Both the position numbers and the translations under genes were made by a program. Positions 49,422 to 63,284 of a DNA stretch of 64,000 nucleotides are shown here, one piece after another. Every line of letters begins with the position of its first letter. Positions within the stretch are counted from its first letter, which is position 1. The notes beneath the pieces are model-generated. The model was not told the DNA's origin and ran no database searches. It worked only from the letters and a program-made list of their open reading frames with translations. Source of the stretch: an uncultured Pelagibacteraceae bacterium (GTDB lineage Bacteria > Pseudomonadota > Alphaproteobacteria > Pelagibacterales > Pelagibacteraceae); assembly GCA_902551455.1 (NCBI GenBank), contig CACDDC010000001.1, forward strand, positions 15,876-79,875, in the 5' to 3' direction.

Positions 49422-50276
49422 ATGAGCATACTAACTGATATTTTTTTACCTTTAGCTTTGGCATTTATTATGTTTGCCCTTGGCTTAGGACTTACTGGTG
49501 CAGATTTTTTAAGAGTCATCAAACAACCAAAAGATTTTTTTGTTGGCGCTATTAGTCAAATTATCTTACTTCCAATAATCGCATTTATTTTAGTTTCAAT
49601 TTGGCCAATATCACCTGAACTAGCTATAGGCGTCATGATTATTGCTGCTGCGCCTGGTGGTGTTACTTCAAACATACTAACTTCATTTGCCAAAGGCGAT
49701 GTTGCTCTTTCAGTATCTCTTACAGCAATTATTAGTTTGTTGTGCGTAGTAACAGTGCCTTTTATTATTGTAAGCTCTTTAGGTTTATTAGGTTTAGATA
49801 ATATAACTCAAAACATATCATTAATCAGTATGGCAATTAGTATGTTTTTAATTGTCACAGTTCCTGTAATTATAGGAATGTTATTTAGAAAGTTTGCATC
49901 AAATGTTGCATCAAAATTTGAACCAATTGCTAAAACAATTTCAATTGTATTATTTGTGATTGTCTTACTGGGTGCTATTTTAGCAGAAAAAGATAATATT
50001 GTTTCATATTTTGCTGATGCTGGACTAATAACATTGATTTTAAATGTTGCGATGATGATTGTTGCATTTTATATAGCACAATTACTAGGTACAGGAAATT
50101 CACAAAAAAAAAGTATAGCAATTGAATGTGGATTGCAGAATGGAACACTTGCAATTTTTGTAGGTACAACATTGTTTGGTGGAGGAGCGTACGTTATACC
50201 TGCTGCAACTTATAGCTTAATAATGTTTGTCACTTCTTTAATTTTTGTGTTTTTAGTCAGGAAAACTAATAATTAA
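49422..50276 (+). CDS. Bile acid:sodium symporter family transporter
   Basis: APGGVTSN, GDVALS, IECGLQNG. Confidence 0.9.
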   Translation: MSILTDIFLPLALAFIMFALGLGLTGADFLRVIKQPKDFFVGAISQIILLPIIAFILVSIWPISPELAIGVMIIAAAPGGVTSNILTSFAKGDVALSVSLTAIISLLCVVTVPFIIVSSLGLLGLDNITQNISLISMAISMFLIVTVPVIIGMLFRKFASNVASKFEPIAKTISIVLFVIVLLGAILAEKDNIVSYFADAGLITLILNVAMMIVAFYIAQLLGTGNSQKKSIAIECGLQNGTLAIFVGTTLFGGGAYVIPAATYSLIMFVTSLIFVFLVRKTNN

Positions 50277-51006
50277 CTTTAAATAAGTATAAACCATGAG
50301 CTGGTGCTGGTGGTGCGCAAAGCTTTCTTTTTCTAGATTTAAATACTCTTTCAAATTTTTTTAAACTCCATTTTTTTTGTCCTAAATAAACAAGACAACC
50401 AACCATTGATCTTACCTGATTTCTTAAAAAAGACTTTGATTTAAATTGAAATATAATTTTTTCATTTATTTTTTTTATATTAATTTTTTTTAATGTTTTA
50501 ATTGAAGTAATTGAATAACAATTTGAAGCTTGAAAAGTTCCAAAATCGTTCTTTCCTAAAAGTTTTTTTGCACCTTTTTTTATTAAATTTAAATCTAGCT
50601 TTTTTCTAATATGCCATACTTTATTATGATCTACAGCTGGTGAACTTAGCCTATTTAGAACAATATATTTATAAGTTCTTTCTTTAGCAGAATATCGAGC
50701 GTGAAAACTTAATTTTTTTTTTTTTATTTCTAATATTGATATTAATTTTTTATTTAAAAAAAAATTTAAAGAATAAATAAATTTTTTTGTATTAATAATT
50801 TTTTTTTTAGTATCAAAATGAGCAGATTGACCTAAAGAATGAACTCCTCTATCTGTTCTACCAGAACCAATAATTCTGATTTTTTCTTTTAAAATTTTTG
50901 AAATTGTAGACTGAACTAATTTTTGAACAGTATTACCTTTTTTTTGAATTTGAAATCCATATAAATTGGACCCATCATATTCAATGATTATCTGATATCT
51001 ATGCAT
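50266..51006 (-). CDS. truA: tRNA pseudouridine(38-40) synthase
   Basis: EYDGS, GSGRTDRGVH, FHARYSA, FLRNQVRSMVG, APAHGLYL. Confidence 0.95.
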   Translation of the reverse strand: MHRYQIIIEYDGSNLYGFQIQKKGNTVQKLVQSTISKILKEKIRIIGSGRTDRGVHSLGQSAHFDTKKKIINTKKFIYSLNFFLNKKLISILEIKKKKLSFHARYSAKERTYKYIVLNRLSSPAVDHNKVWHIRKKLDLNLIKKGAKKLLGKNDFGTFQASNCYSITSIKTLKKINIKKINEKIIFQFKSKSFLRNQVRSMVGCLVYLGQKKWSLKKFERVFKSRKRKLCAPPAPAHGLYLFKVNY

Positions 51007-51925
51007 CTTTAAGATTTATGCCTTTTTTCATTTGAGTGCCAAGCATAAATTCTGTGATTTTTTGAACTTTTTTTCCTTGGCGTTGTATTTCTAATATTCT
51101 TATGGAATCATTTGCACAACCAATTTCAAAATTGTCATTTAATATTAGACCAGGTTCGCCTACTGCACTAGAAAGTTCTGCCTTTAGAATTTTATATCTT
51201 TCTCCTTTATAGTTAAAAAAAGCACCTGGGAATGGATATAAGCCATTAACTTTCCCAATAATTTTTTTTGCATTTTCATCCCAAGAAATTTTTCCTTCTG
51301 CTTTATCAATTTTTTTAGCATAAGTAGCTTTTTTATGATCTTGTTCTCTAAAAACTGCCTTTCCTTCAAAAATATTATCAATATTTTCTATAATTTTTTC
51401 GGAAGCTATGGTTGATAGTCTTTTTGCAAGATCTTCACTGTTTTCATTACTTATTATTTTAACAGGATATTGGTTGCAGATTGGTCCAGAGTCTAGCTGT
51501 TCTCTCATTTGCATAATTGATACTCCTGTTAAATTTTCTCCCTCCATTATTGCTCTTTGGACAGGTGATGCTCCTCGGAATTTTGGTAGAAGAGAGTAAT
51601 GAACATTAATCCATCCATATTTGGGTATATTTAGAAAATCTTTATTTAAAATTTGTCCGTATGCAACAGTAATGCCTAAATCAATATTTAGTCTTTTTAG
51701 AGAATTTTTTTCTTCTTCATTATTTAGCGCAGCAGGAGTCTTTGTTGTCAAATTTAAAGTTTCAGAAATTAAATGTACTGGTGATTTATTAACTTTTTGT
51801 CCTCTATGGGAAGCAATAGGTGGTTGTGTATAAACACATTCTATTTGATATCCGTTTTGATAAAGTGATTTCAAAACTTGTACTGATATCGAGGGAGTGC
51901 CACAAAAAACAATCCTTTTATTCAT
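50999..51925 (-). CDS. fmt: Methionyl-tRNA formyltransferase
   Basis: VYTQPP, VAYGQIL, NVHYSLLPKFRGASP, LDSGP. Confidence 0.95.
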   Translation of the reverse strand: MNKRIVFCGTPSISVQVLKSLYQNGYQIECVYTQPPIASHRGQKVNKSPVHLISETLNLTTKTPAALNNEEEKNSLKRLNIDLGITVAYGQILNKDFLNIPKYGWINVHYSLLPKFRGASPVQRAIMEGENLTGVSIMQMREQLDSGPICNQYPVKIISNENSEDLAKRLSTIASEKIIENIDNIFEGKAVFREQDHKKATYAKKIDKAEGKISWDENAKKIIGKVNGLYPFPGAFFNYKGERYKILKAELSSAVGEPGLILNDNFEIGCANDSIRILEIQRQGKKVQKITEFMLGTQMKKGINLKDA

Positions 51926-51928
51926 TTA

Positions 51929-52453
51929 TTAAATAACTAATCTTTCGTTTTCATTTTTCTTTTTAGATAGTTTTTTAATAATCATTGTTTTTTTTAATTT
52001 AGATAAATAATCAATAAAAAGTTTACCATCACAATGATCTACCTCATGCTGTATACAAGTTGCGAGCAAGCCAGATGCATGTATTAATTGTTTTTTTCCA
52101 TTATAATCTAAATATTCTACATCACATTCTCTTGGTCTATCTATTTCTGCAAAAAATTGAAACACGCTCAAACAACCTTCCTCCGTAGTAGATAATTCTT
52201 TACTTCTATTTTTTATGATTGGATTAACAAAATATCTTGGTTGTTTTTTTTCATCCCCCTTTGATAAATCCATTACTACAATTCTTTTTTGAACTCCTAT
52301 TTGAATTGCAGCTAAACCTATTCCATTTTCTGAGTACATTGTTTCAAGCATATCATCCATGAGTCTTTGTTCTTCTTTTGTAACTTGATCAACTGGTTTT
52401 GAAATTTGTCTTAAAATTGGATCAGGTTCTTTGATTATTTTTCTAATAGCCAT
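51929..52453 (-). CDS. def: Peptide deformylase
   Basis: GIGLAAIQIG, EGCLS, QHEVDH. Confidence 0.96.
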   Translation of the reverse strand: MAIRKIIKEPDPILRQISKPVDQVTKEEQRLMDDMLETMYSENGIGLAAIQIGVQKRIVVMDLSKGDEKKQPRYFVNPIIKNRSKELSTTEEGCLSVFQFFAEIDRPRECDVEYLDYNGKKQLIHASGLLATCIQHEVDHCDGKLFIDYLSKLKKTMIIKKLSKKKNENERLVI

Positions 52454-52474
52454 AATTTAATTTTAATATAATTT

Positions 52475-54238
52475 TTATATTTTTAAAGGAAGAACTTTTA
52501 AAAGAATTTGATTTCTCAATGGATCAATATTTAATTGATTTAACGTACTAATTATAAAATATATTGTGTCAGGACCGAGGTCTTCAAGATCATCTTCACC
52601 TATTATTTCAGTTAATCTTAGTAAAACTAAGCCTAATTCATTGTTATTGATCAATAATTGAATATCTGTTGGTATCTCAGATTGATTAAATTCAAATAAA
52701 TTTGAATATTTTTTTAAAATTTTTACACCATCTGATATAAGTGACTCTAAAATAATTAAATCTTTAGTTGAAACAAAATAATCTTTATTTTTTTTAATTT
52801 TTTTAATTATATCATTTGTTTCTTTTTCAATTTTTTGCAATTCATATTCATCCTCAAAATATCTTAAAAGCTTAGATTGATGGATAACTTTATTATTAAT
52901 TTTAATATTTTTTTTGAAAACCTTCTTGTTTTTAAAATTAGCATTATAAAAACTCGAATAATTTGATGGAACTTTATCCTCATCTATTTTTTCTAAAATT
53001 TTTAATAATTCATCTGAAAAAGCTCCACCTAAATTTTCTTCTGTAAAAGAATTTTTTAATTTAGATGAAAGATTTAGTATCTGATTTATATCACTTGATA
53101 ATAACAATCTTTGATAAAGAAGAGCCCTACCTTGGGAAGGTGATAGAAGTTTATAAGATTCTTGAACATTTATTAGTTGATTAATGTTAAACTTAAACCT
53201 TTTATATAATTCTAATAAATCTTTTTCATTGTAATTCTTTTCATGCACTGCTTTTTCAATTAATAAAATTTCATCTTGATTTTCTAAATCTATATCATCT
53301 ACTTTTTCAAATAAATTTGCAGAGGACAAGTACTTCCAAATAATCTTGGGTGTATTTTGATTTGGCTTATATTTAAAATCTGAAATAGTTCTATGAGACA
53401 AGTGAAATTCTAAAATATTTTTATCAGAAATTTCATTTTGTAATTCGTCAGAGTATCCCATTAAATAATTGAATTTTTTTTCAAAAAAAACATCATTAAA
53501 ATTATTTTCTTTTATTAGATCAAATTGAAGTTGTGCTTCCTCTCTCTTATTTTCATTAATCAAACAATAAATCTTAAATTTTGTTAAATAGATATCCTCG
53601 ATAAAACTTATTTGTTTAAAAATTCCACAAGCGTTTTGTAAGTCTGAATTTGATAAATAACTTTCAATATAAAACTTTGTTAACTTGGAACTGTTTAAAA
53701 CTTTTTGGTTCTTAATTATGAAAGATTTAATTAATTCTAAATTATTATTTCTAATCAAATAATCTAATTTAAAATTAATAAATTCATCTTCAGAAATATT
53801 TATCTTTGGAATATACGAATTAGTTAGCAATGCAATTTTAAGAATTTCATTTGCATCTTGTGATAATTTTAATTTATTTAATCTTTTAAAAATTCTTATT
53901 ATATCTTGGCCATCTGTTTGCGACCACATGTCTATTGATAAACCGTTATCTGAAGGATCGTAGAGCCCAGCTAATATTATATTGGAATCAAGATTTGAAC
54001 CTTCAACAACTTCTAGGTTTCCATTTTCAAGTTTTTCAAAATCAATTTTCATATTTATTTCTGGTTCTATATTTTCAGAATCAATTTTGATTTCCTCTTC
54101 TTTAATTTCTTCGCTTTCCTTAATATTCCAGATATCTATTGCTTCTTCTTCAGCTAGTAATTGATTATGATTAAATAAAATTAAAAGTAGAGTAAAAAAA
54201 TATAAAATACTACTACTTAACAATTTTGAGATTTTCAT
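52475..54238 (-). CDS. Hypothetical exported, mostly helical protein
   Basis: Signal-peptide-like N-terminus from ATG 54238; GLYDPSDNGLSIDMW. Confidence 0.7.
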   Translation of the reverse strand: MKISKLLSSSILYFFTLLLILFNHNQLLAEEEAIDIWNIKESEEIKEEEIKIDSENIEPEINMKIDFEKLENGNLEVVEGSNLDSNIILAGLYDPSDNGLSIDMWSQTDGQDIIRIFKRLNKLKLSQDANEILKIALLTNSYIPKINISEDEFINFKLDYLIRNNNLELIKSFIIKNQKVLNSSKLTKFYIESYLSNSDLQNACGIFKQISFIEDIYLTKFKIYCLINENKREEAQLQFDLIKENNFNDVFFEKKFNYLMGYSDELQNEISDKNILEFHLSHRTISDFKYKPNQNTPKIIWKYLSSANLFEKVDDIDLENQDEILLIEKAVHEKNYNEKDLLELYKRFKFNINQLINVQESYKLLSPSQGRALLYQRLLLSSDINQILNLSSKLKNSFTEENLGGAFSDELLKILEKIDEDKVPSNYSSFYNANFKNKKVFKKNIKINNKVIHQSKLLRYFEDEYELQKIEKETNDIIKKIKKNKDYFVSTKDLIILESLISDGVKILKKYSNLFEFNQSEIPTDIQLLINNNELGLVLLRLTEIIGEDDLEDLGPDTIYFIISTLNQLNIDPLRNQILLKVLPLKI

Positions 54239-54398
54239 TAGTAATTTTTTGTTTAATTTCTTTTGTTGGTGATGGGAATTCAATTCGGTCGATCAAAACT
54301 ACTGCTAAAAGCAATAATAAAAAAAACAAAAAAACTTTTATTAAAAGTTTTATAATAAATCCAGTACTTCCAGCTCTTGTTTTTTTTTCAAATTGCAT
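54213..54398 (-). CDS. Small hypothetical membrane protein
   Basis: 61 aa, single TM helix, overlaps next gene, divergent from aroK. Confidence 0.6.
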   Translation of the reverse strand: MQFEKKTRAGSTGFIIKLLIKVFLFFLLLLLAVVLIDRIEFPSPTKEIKQKITNENLKIVK

Positions 54399-54454
54399 AT
54401 ACCGTTAAATAATTTCAAATTAAGACATATTTGTGTTTTTTCAATAAAGAACAT

Positions 54455-54967
54455 ATGAAATCAAAAAAAAATCTAGTTTTAGTAGGCATGCCAGGTTCTG
54501 GAAAATCAACTATTGGTTATCTTTTGTCTAAAAAACTTAATAAAAAATTTATTGATATAGACAAATATATTGAAAAAGACACTGGATTAAGAATTAACGA
54601 GATTTTCGAGAAAAAAGGTGAAAAACATTTTCGTGAAATTGAACTGAAAATAAGTCTTCAATTTATTAAATTAAATAACAATGTTATTTCTCTAGGAGGA
54701 GGGGGTTTTATGAATAATGATATAAGAAATGAAGTGTTATCCAAGGATATTTCATTTTGGTTAAACTGGAAAAATAATACTTTGGTAGATAGATTGTTAT
54801 CAAGTAAAAAAAGGCCTCTTTTGGTCAATTTAAAAGAAAAAGATATAAAAAAAATCATATTTGAAAGAACAAAAATATACTCTATGGCACATCACAAAAT
54901 AAACTGTGAAAAATTTTCTAAAAATGAGATAGTTAAAGAAATTTTAAATATTTATAATGAGAATTAA
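54455..54967 (+). CDS. aroK: Shikimate kinase
   Basis: VGMPGSGKSTIG, GEKHFREIE, SLGGGG, KRPL; ATG 54455. Confidence 0.93.
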   Translation: MKSKKNLVLVGMPGSGKSTIGYLLSKKLNKKFIDIDKYIEKDTGLRINEIFEKKGEKHFREIELKISLQFIKLNNNVISLGGGGFMNNDIRNEVLSKDISFWLNWKNNTLVDRLLSSKKRPLLVNLKEKDIKKIIFERTKIYSMAHHKINCEKFSKNEIVKEILNIYNEN

Positions 54968-56066
54968 ACTACCAATAAAAACAAATTCAAAAAAATATCC
55001 AATTATTATTGGAAGTAATTTATTGCAAAATATACAATCTATATTTAAATCTTGTAATTTAGAATTTAATAAATGCCTAATAGTTGTAGATAAAAAAATT
55101 CCTAAAAAAAAATTATTTTTTTTAAAAAAAAAAATTAAATGTAAAGAAATTATTATATTTTTATTTAATTCAAGCGAGAAAAATAAAAATCAATCCACTG
55201 TTAATAATATTATAAAAAAGTTGTTAAGATATAATTTTAAAAGAAATGATGTTGTTATTTCATTCGGTGGTGGGATAACTGGAGATGTTTCTGGATATGC
55301 GGCTAGTATTTTTAAAAGAGGTATAAAATTTGTGAATATTCCGACCACTTTGTTGGCTCAAGTAGATTCATCAATTGGAGGCAAAACGGGAATTAATAAT
55401 AATTATGGAAAAAATTTGATTGGATCATTTTATCAACCAGATTGTGTTATTTCAGACATAGGATTATTAAAAAGTTTACCTAAAAGAGAAATTGTATGTG
55501 GATATGGCGAAATATTAAAACATTCAATAATAGCAAATAAAAAATTTTTCAAGTTTTTAATAAATAATAAAGAAAAAATTTTTTCTTTAAAAAGTCCTTA
55601 TATCCAAAAAGCAATATTTGAAAGCTGTAAAGTAAAAAAAAAAATCGTGGAATTAGATGAGCATGAAAAAAATATTAGAAAAGTTTTAAATTTAGGCCAT
55701 ACATTTGCTCATGCATATGAAGCTTCGCAAGGATACTCCAAACAACTAAATCATGGTGAAGCTGTAATTTATGGAATTAAAACAGCTGCAAAATTTAGTT
55801 TAGATAAAAAAATTTTATCATTAAATAATTATAAAAATATAAATTCTCATATTAATTCAATAAAAATAAATAAAAAATACCTAAATATAGTAAATAAAAA
55901 AAATTTAAAAAAAATATTATTTTTTATGAAATTAGATAAAAAAAATACATCAAAAAAAATTAATTTAATATTATTAAGAGATATAGGTAAACCTGTTATT
56001 AATATGAATTTTGATATAGATAATATTAAAAAATTTTTTTTAAAATACTATTCAATTGATATTTGA
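54957..56066 (+). CDS. aroB: 3-dehydroquinate synthase
   Basis: GGGITGD, PTTLLAQVDSSIGGKTG, LNLGHTFAHA, HGEAV. Confidence 0.96.
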   Translation: MRIKLPIKTNSKKYPIIIGSNLLQNIQSIFKSCNLEFNKCLIVVDKKIPKKKLFFLKKKIKCKEIIIFLFNSSEKNKNQSTVNNIIKKLLRYNFKRNDVVISFGGGITGDVSGYAASIFKRGIKFVNIPTTLLAQVDSSIGGKTGINNNYGKNLIGSFYQPDCVISDIGLLKSLPKREIVCGYGEILKHSIIANKKFFKFLINNKEKIFSLKSPYIQKAIFESCKVKKKIVELDEHEKNIRKVLNLGHTFAHAYEASQGYSKQLNHGEAVIYGIKTAAKFSLDKKILSLNNYKNINSHINSIKINKKYLNIVNKKNLKKILFFMKLDKKNTSKKINLILLRDIGKPVINMNFDIDNIKKFFLKYYSIDI

Positions 56067-56308
56067 ATAGAATGAATATATTCTTTTATCTCTTTATTTA
56101 AAATCTTATATATTTTTCTCGTTGACTCTAAATTATTTAATTTTTTTAAATTTAATGATTTGATTTTAAGCTTAAGATGAAATTTATTAGCATCATGTCC
56201 TTTATGAGCTTTATGTAAGAATGTTTTGTCTTCTATATCAATTTTGTCACAAGGTATATTTTTTTCAATTTTTTTTTTTACAATTATAATTAATTCATTA
56301 ATATCCAT
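56048..56308 (-). CDS. bolA: BolA-family protein
   Basis: EDKTFLHKAH...FHLKLKI...IHSIQI; start at MDINEL assumed. Confidence 0.8.
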   Translation of the reverse strand: MDINELIIIVKKKIEKNIPCDKIDIEDKTFLHKAHKGHDANKFHLKLKIKSLNLKKLNNLESTRKIYKILNKEIKEYIHSIQISIE

Positions 56309-56327
56309 TTTAAAAATAATATATACG

Positions 56328-56855
56328 ATGAAAAATATTTGCAATTGGGAAAATTGTTCTGAAATAGGTGAATATAAAGCCCCAATAGAGAAGGATAATA
56401 GTAAAAAATATATGTTGCTTTGTTTATCTCACGTTAAGGAGTTTAATAAAAATTGGAACTATTTTTCAGGAATGAATGATGAACAAGTCCGCGATTTTAT
56501 AAAATCAGATATGTCTTGGCATAAACCCACGCAAGCATTTTCATCTTCAGATAATTTTTTTAAAATATTGTGGAAAAATACTTTAAAAGATGAATTGTCT
56601 GAATATAACTTTAAAGATCATATTGATATTATTCAAAAACGTAAATTTTCTCAAAACGATATTAAGGCTTTTAGTATATTGGGGTTATCTGTAGGATTAA
56701 AATGGGAATATGTACAAAAAAAATTTAAAAAACTTGTCAAAAAATTTCACCCTGATATGAATTTGGGGAATAAAAAATATGAAGATAAACTTAAAGTAAT
56801 AACTTTAGCTTATACACAATTAAAAAATACTTATAGGATAAACAGTGACGCCTAA
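56328..56855 (+). CDS. DnaJ-domain protein
   Basis: CNWENC...CLSHVKEFNKNWNYF; KFHPD J-domain motif; precedes cobS. Confidence 0.88.
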   Translation: MKNICNWENCSEIGEYKAPIEKDNSKKYMLLCLSHVKEFNKNWNYFSGMNDEQVRDFIKSDMSWHKPTQAFSSSDNFFKILWKNTLKDELSEYNFKDHIDIIQKRKFSQNDIKAFSILGLSVGLKWEYVQKKFKKLVKKFHPDMNLGNKKYEDKLKVITLAYTQLKNTYRINSDA

Positions 56856-57819
56856 CTTAAATATAACTCCTGATATAAAAATATCAGTTAAACAAACTTT
56901 TGGTATTGATAGCGATATGGAAGTTAAAGCTTTTTCAAAAAAAAATGAATATGTGCCTGAAATAGATCCTGACTACATTTTTGATCATGAAACAACTTTG
57001 GCGATTCTTAGTGGTTTTTCACATAACAAAAAAGTAATAGTTCACGGATATCATGGCACTGGAAAAAGCACACATATAACTCAAGTTGCAGCCAGATTAA
57101 ATTGGCCTTGTATAAGAATAAATTTGGACTCTCATATAAGTAGAATAGATCTTATTGGAAAAGATGCTATTACACTAAAAGATGGAAAACAAATTACAGA
57201 ATTTAAAGAAGGAATTTTACCTTGGTCCTTTCAAAATCCAGTGGCTTTAGTTTTTGATGAATATGATGCTGGTAGAAGTGATGTTATGTTTGTTTTACAA
57301 AGGATTCTTGAAAGTGATGGATCATTTACTCTTTTAGATAAAAATAAAGTAGTAAAACAAAATAAGTATTTTAGATTATTTGCAACTGCAAATACTATAG
57401 GTTTAGGAGATACCACAGGTTTGTATACTGGTACACAACAAATCAACCAAGCTCAGTTGGATAGATGGGAAATAGTAACTTCGTTAAATTATTTAAGTTT
57501 AGAAAAAGAAATGGAAATAGTTTTAGCAAAAAATAAAAAATTAAATAATTCAAAAGGAAAAGATAAAGTGGCAAATATGATAAAAGTTGCTACTTTAACT
57601 AGAAAAGGCTTTATAGCTGGAGATATATCAACAGTAATGAGTCCTCGTACAGTTCTAAACTGGGTAAACAATGCTGAAATTTTTGGAAATTTAGGATACG
57701 CATTCAGAATTACATTCTTAAATAAATGTGATGAAGTTGAAAAAAATACAATTGCTGAATATTACCAAAGATGCTTTGGCGAAGATTTGCCCGAGTCTCT
57801 TGTTAATGTTCAAAAATAA
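56845..57819 (+). CDS. cobS: Cobaltochelatase CobS-type AAA+ ATPase
   Basis: GYHGTGKSTH, FDEYDAGR, QQINQAQLDRW, MSPRTV; GTG start. Confidence 0.93.
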   Translation: MTPNLNITPDIKISVKQTFGIDSDMEVKAFSKKNEYVPEIDPDYIFDHETTLAILSGFSHNKKVIVHGYHGTGKSTHITQVAARLNWPCIRINLDSHISRIDLIGKDAITLKDGKQITEFKEGILPWSFQNPVALVFDEYDAGRSDVMFVLQRILESDGSFTLLDKNKVVKQNKYFRLFATANTIGLGDTTGLYTGTQQINQAQLDRWEIVTSLNYLSLEKEMEIVLAKNKKLNNSKGKDKVANMIKVATLTRKGFIAGDISTVMSPRTVLNWVNNAEIFGNLGYAFRITFLNKCDEVEKNTIAEYYQRCFGEDLPESLVNVQK

Positions 57820-59619
57820 ATGAACAAAGAAGACAACCATAAAGAAAAATTTAAACAAGCTCTTATTTCAACATTTAAAGTCATTTCTGATAATTACAAA
57901 ATCGAAAAAAATTCTAAAAAAAATTCAAGCTCTCAAAATTTTAATTTTTTTGAACTAGATAATCTTAATAATAAACAAGACTATATTAAGTTAAGAGCTG
58001 ACACAGACTCTCAAGCATTAAAAATAAAATTCTCAAATTTAGATATTTACAGAAGAAATTTACCTAAAAATAAATCTTGTAGAAATTTATATGATATTGC
58101 TGAGAAAATAAGATACGAGACATTGGGTAAAAAAATGCTCAAAGGAATATCGAAAAATCTACAAGACAACTATGAATATCAAACTTTAATCAAAAGAAAA
58201 GACCAGCTCAAAAGTAAAGATGATGTAAAAATTTCTGAAGCATTTGAACTTTATATGTTGCAAAATTTATTTGGGTTAAAACTTAATTCTTCATCAAAAA
58301 AAATACTAAGTTTTTGGGAAGAGGAATTAAAATCCTCTATTGATAAGCACTTAGATTATTTTGATGAAAACTTAGAAGATCAAGAAGCCTACAATTCTAA
58401 ATTTTCAAAAATACTTCAAGAAATGGATTTTTTTGAGAGTGAAAATGAAGATAATCAAGAAGAAAAAAATGATCAAAATAATGAAGATAATAACTTAAAT
58501 CAAAATGATGATGCAGAAAACGAAGGTCAACAAGAAAAAAAACAAGAAGAAGAGAGTCAAAGTGGACTAGATGCCGATCATGACTTTAATGAACATAAGA
58601 TAGAAGAACAACTATTTGATACAGATGCAGAAAAACAAAGCTCAGAGACGGTGATACAAAAAGAAAATTCAATTACTAACGATAAAAATTATAAAATATT
58701 TACCACAGAATTTGATGAAATTGCTAAGGCAGAGAATCTTGAAAATATGGAAGAAATTTCAAAACTAAGAAAAAATTTAGATCAACAATTAATTAGCTTC
58801 CAAGACTTAATTACAAAATTAGCAAACAAACTACAGAGACAATTATTAGCTAAACAAAATAGATCTTGGGAATTTGATTTAGAAGAAGGTTTGCTAGATA
58901 GTTCAAAATTGTCAAGGGTAATTATGGACCCATATAATTCATTGTCTTTTAAAAAAGAAAAAGACTTAGATTTTAAAGATACAATAGTAACTTTGTTAAT
59001 TGATAATAGTGGAAGTATGAGAGGCAGACCAATAACAATTGCGGCTATTTGTGCAGATATTCTCTCAAGAACTTTGGAAAGATGTTCGGTAAAAGTTGAA
59101 ATACTTGGGTTCACTACAAAAAATTGGAAAGGTGGAAAAAGTAGAGAAGAGTGGAATAAAAAAAATAAAATAAAAAAACCAGGAAGGCTTAATGACTTAA
59201 TGCATATTGTCTATAAAAGTGCTGATGTTCATTGGAGACAATCAAAAAAAAATTTAGGTTTAATGCTCAAAGAAGGTCTTCTTAAAGAAAATATAGATGG
59301 AGAAGCCATATTATGGGCCTACAATAGATTAAAAAAAAGAAAAGAAGAAAGAAAAGTTTTAATGGTTATATCTGATGGAGCCCCAGTTGATGACTCTACT
59401 TTATCAGTAAATTCTGGAGATTTTTTAGAAAAACATCTTAAAAGAGTGGTAAAATTTATAGAGACAAAAAGTAAAATTGAAATATTAGCAATAGGAATTG
59501 GACACGATGTGTCAAGATATTATAACAAAGCAATTAAAATCACTGATGTTCAGGAGTTAGGGGATGTTATGATAACTCAACTAAGTAAATTATTTGATAA
59601 TAAAAAAAAACTTAATTAA
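57820..59619 (+). CDS. cobT: Cobaltochelatase CobT-type subunit (vWA domain)
   Basis: [42 protein letters not shown]. Confidence 0.93.
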   Translation: MNKEDNHKEKFKQALISTFKVISDNYKIEKNSKKNSSSQNFNFFELDNLNNKQDYIKLRADTDSQALKIKFSNLDIYRRNLPKNKSCRNLYDIAEKIRYETLGKKMLKGISKNLQDNYEYQTLIKRKDQLKSKDDVKISEAFELYMLQNLFGLKLNSSSKKILSFWEEELKSSIDKHLDYFDENLEDQEAYNSKFSKILQEMDFFESENEDNQEEKNDQNNEDNNLNQNDDAENEGQQEKKQEEESQSGLDADHDFNEHKIEEQLFDTDAEKQSSETVIQKENSITNDKNYKIFTTEFDEIAKAENLENMEEISKLRKNLDQQLISFQDLITKLANKLQRQLLAKQNRSWEFDLEEGLLDSSKLSRVIMDPYNSLSFKKEKDLDFKDTIVTLLIDNSGSMRGRPITIAAICADILSRTLERCSVKVEILGFTTKNWKGGKSREEWNKKNKIKKPGRLNDLMHIVYKSADVHWRQSKKNLGLMLKEGLLKENIDGEAILWAYNRLKKRKEERKVLMVISDGAPVDDSTLSVNSGDFLEKHLKRVVKFIETKSKIEILAIGIGHDVSRYYNKAIKITDVQELGDVMITQLSKLFDNKKKLN

Positions 59620-60902
59620 ATTCTTATTAAATTCTTATTGTCCCATTTAATTTTTACTTCTGCTCCACCAATATCCTCTGCATTCTGGAATATTATGTTT
59701 GCATAATTTTTTTCTAAAAGAGTTTTTCCAATAAAAGTACCTAGCCCCAATCCATATTTTGAAATATGAGCTGGATTAGTTGTTCTTATATATGGTTCGC
59801 CAAGCTTATCTTTTTCAATTAAATCTTTAGGGAATCCTGGGCCGTCATCTCTAATAATTACTTCAGTATCTTTCTTGTTACTGTTTAAAATAATTTCTAT
59901 TTTTTTGCTACTATATTTATTAGCATTACCAATAAAATTTCTTAGACCATAAATTATCTCTGCAGATTTAGTAGTTTTTATTGAGATTTTATAATTTTCA
60001 ATATCAAGAATAAATTCTTTATTACTTATTTCTTTATAAGATCTGACAATTTCTTTTAAATAATCATATAAATCTAAATTTGCATCCAAAAATCCATCAT
60101 CAATTTTGGGGTCCATAGATAATTTTTTTAAAATTTCTTTGCATCTATTACTCTGGCTTACTAACAAATCTAAATCTTTTTTAATTTTATCATTTTTTCC
60201 AAATTCTTTTTCAAGTTCTTTTGCGGTAACTAAAATTGTAGAAAGCGGTGTACCTAAAGAATGTGCTGCTGCTGCAGCTTGCCCACCCAATGAAATTAAT
60301 TCATTTTCTTTAGCCATTAATTCTTGAACTTTATTGTATGCCTTTTGTCTTATTCTTGTCTCTTCACCAAATTTTTGACCAAAATATACTAAAAAAATTA
60401 ATCCAGTTATAATAGATATGGGAATGGCATAAAGATAATAATCGGGTGCATGAAAATGTAAATTCCCTGGATGCGGCAAATCGTAATAAAAAAAGCTAAG
60501 CATAATTAAAATTATTATACAAAGCATAACCAATATTGCGGAACTAAATATACTTAAATATTGTGATGAAAATACTGCTGGAATTATAATTAAAAATATA
60601 AATGGATTTGTTATTCCTCCTGTAAAAAAAAATAAAACACCCAATTGAATTATATCAAAAGACAAATATTGCGATGAAACAATATTGTTTAATTGATTTT
60701 CTTTAATTCTAAAATATAGATAAAAGTTAGTTAGAATACTAATAATTATTATTAATATACAAAATAAATATTCAAATTTAAAATTAAGTACAAATTGAAC
60801 AATTAAAATTGCTGTCAATTGTCCAATATAGGCAATCCATCGTAATTTAACATATGTAATTTTATTTAAAGAATAAAGGTTAGAAGATTCTAAAAACTTC
60901 AT
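59616..60902 (-). CDS. regB: Redox-sensing histidine kinase RegB/PrrB
   Basis: LRW, GGITNPF quinone-binding motif, [25 protein letters not shown]. Confidence 0.92.
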   Translation of the reverse strand: MKFLESSNLYSLNKITYVKLRWIAYIGQLTAILIVQFVLNFKFEYLFCILIIIISILTNFYLYFRIKENQLNNIVSSQYLSFDIIQLGVLFFFTGGITNPFIFLIIIPAVFSSQYLSIFSSAILVMLCIIILIMLSFFYYDLPHPGNLHFHAPDYYLYAIPISIITGLIFLVYFGQKFGEETRIRQKAYNKVQELMAKENELISLGGQAAAAAHSLGTPLSTILVTAKELEKEFGKNDKIKKDLDLLVSQSNRCKEILKKLSMDPKIDDGFLDANLDLYDYLKEIVRSYKEISNKEFILDIENYKISIKTTKSAEIIYGLRNFIGNANKYSSKKIEIILNSNKKDTEVIIRDDGPGFPKDLIEKDKLGEPYIRTTNPAHISKYGLGLGTFIGKTLLEKNYANIIFQNAEDIGGAEVKIKWDNKNLIRI

Positions 60903-60904
60903 TA

Positions 60905-62992
<2,088 letters not shown>

Positions 62993-63130
62993 TTATTATA
63001 TCATTTTTTAATAAAATTTAAAAATTCTGTTTATGAGTTAACTCGAATTACCCTTGGTAAATAATATTAATTTACAACATAATAAATAATTTTAGTGTTT
63101 TATAAAATTATTGAAAAAAGATCATTTTTT

Positions 63131-63220
63131 TGGCGGAGAGAGTGGGATTCGAACCCACGATAGAGTAAACCCTATACAAGCTCTCCAAGCGTGCGCCTTA
63201 AACCACTCGGCCATCTCTCC
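63131..63220 (-). tRNA. tRNA-Ser(GGA)
   Basis: GGAGAGATGGCCGAGTGGTTTAAGGCG...TTGGAGA...long variable arm...GGTTCGAATCC...TCTCTCCGCCA. Confidence 0.93.
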
Positions 63221-63284
63221 ATTTATCATTATTTTGATGCATTTATATGATAGTTTGGTTCCTTATAATAATATAATTTAATAA

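Noticed and set aside
56845-59619. cobST as evidence of cobalamin synthesis
   Set aside because: No cobN or other cob genes nearby; bolA-dnaJ-cobS-cobT is a common alphaproteobacterial cluster.
63035-63044. GAGTTAACTC palindrome upstream of gyrB
   Set aside because: A single 10-bp palindrome with no known motif match; could be chance.
63131-63220. C/U mismatch in the anticodon stem and G37 in tRNA-Ser(GGA)
   Set aside because: Minor deviations; the rest is canonical, so not enough to call it abnormal.
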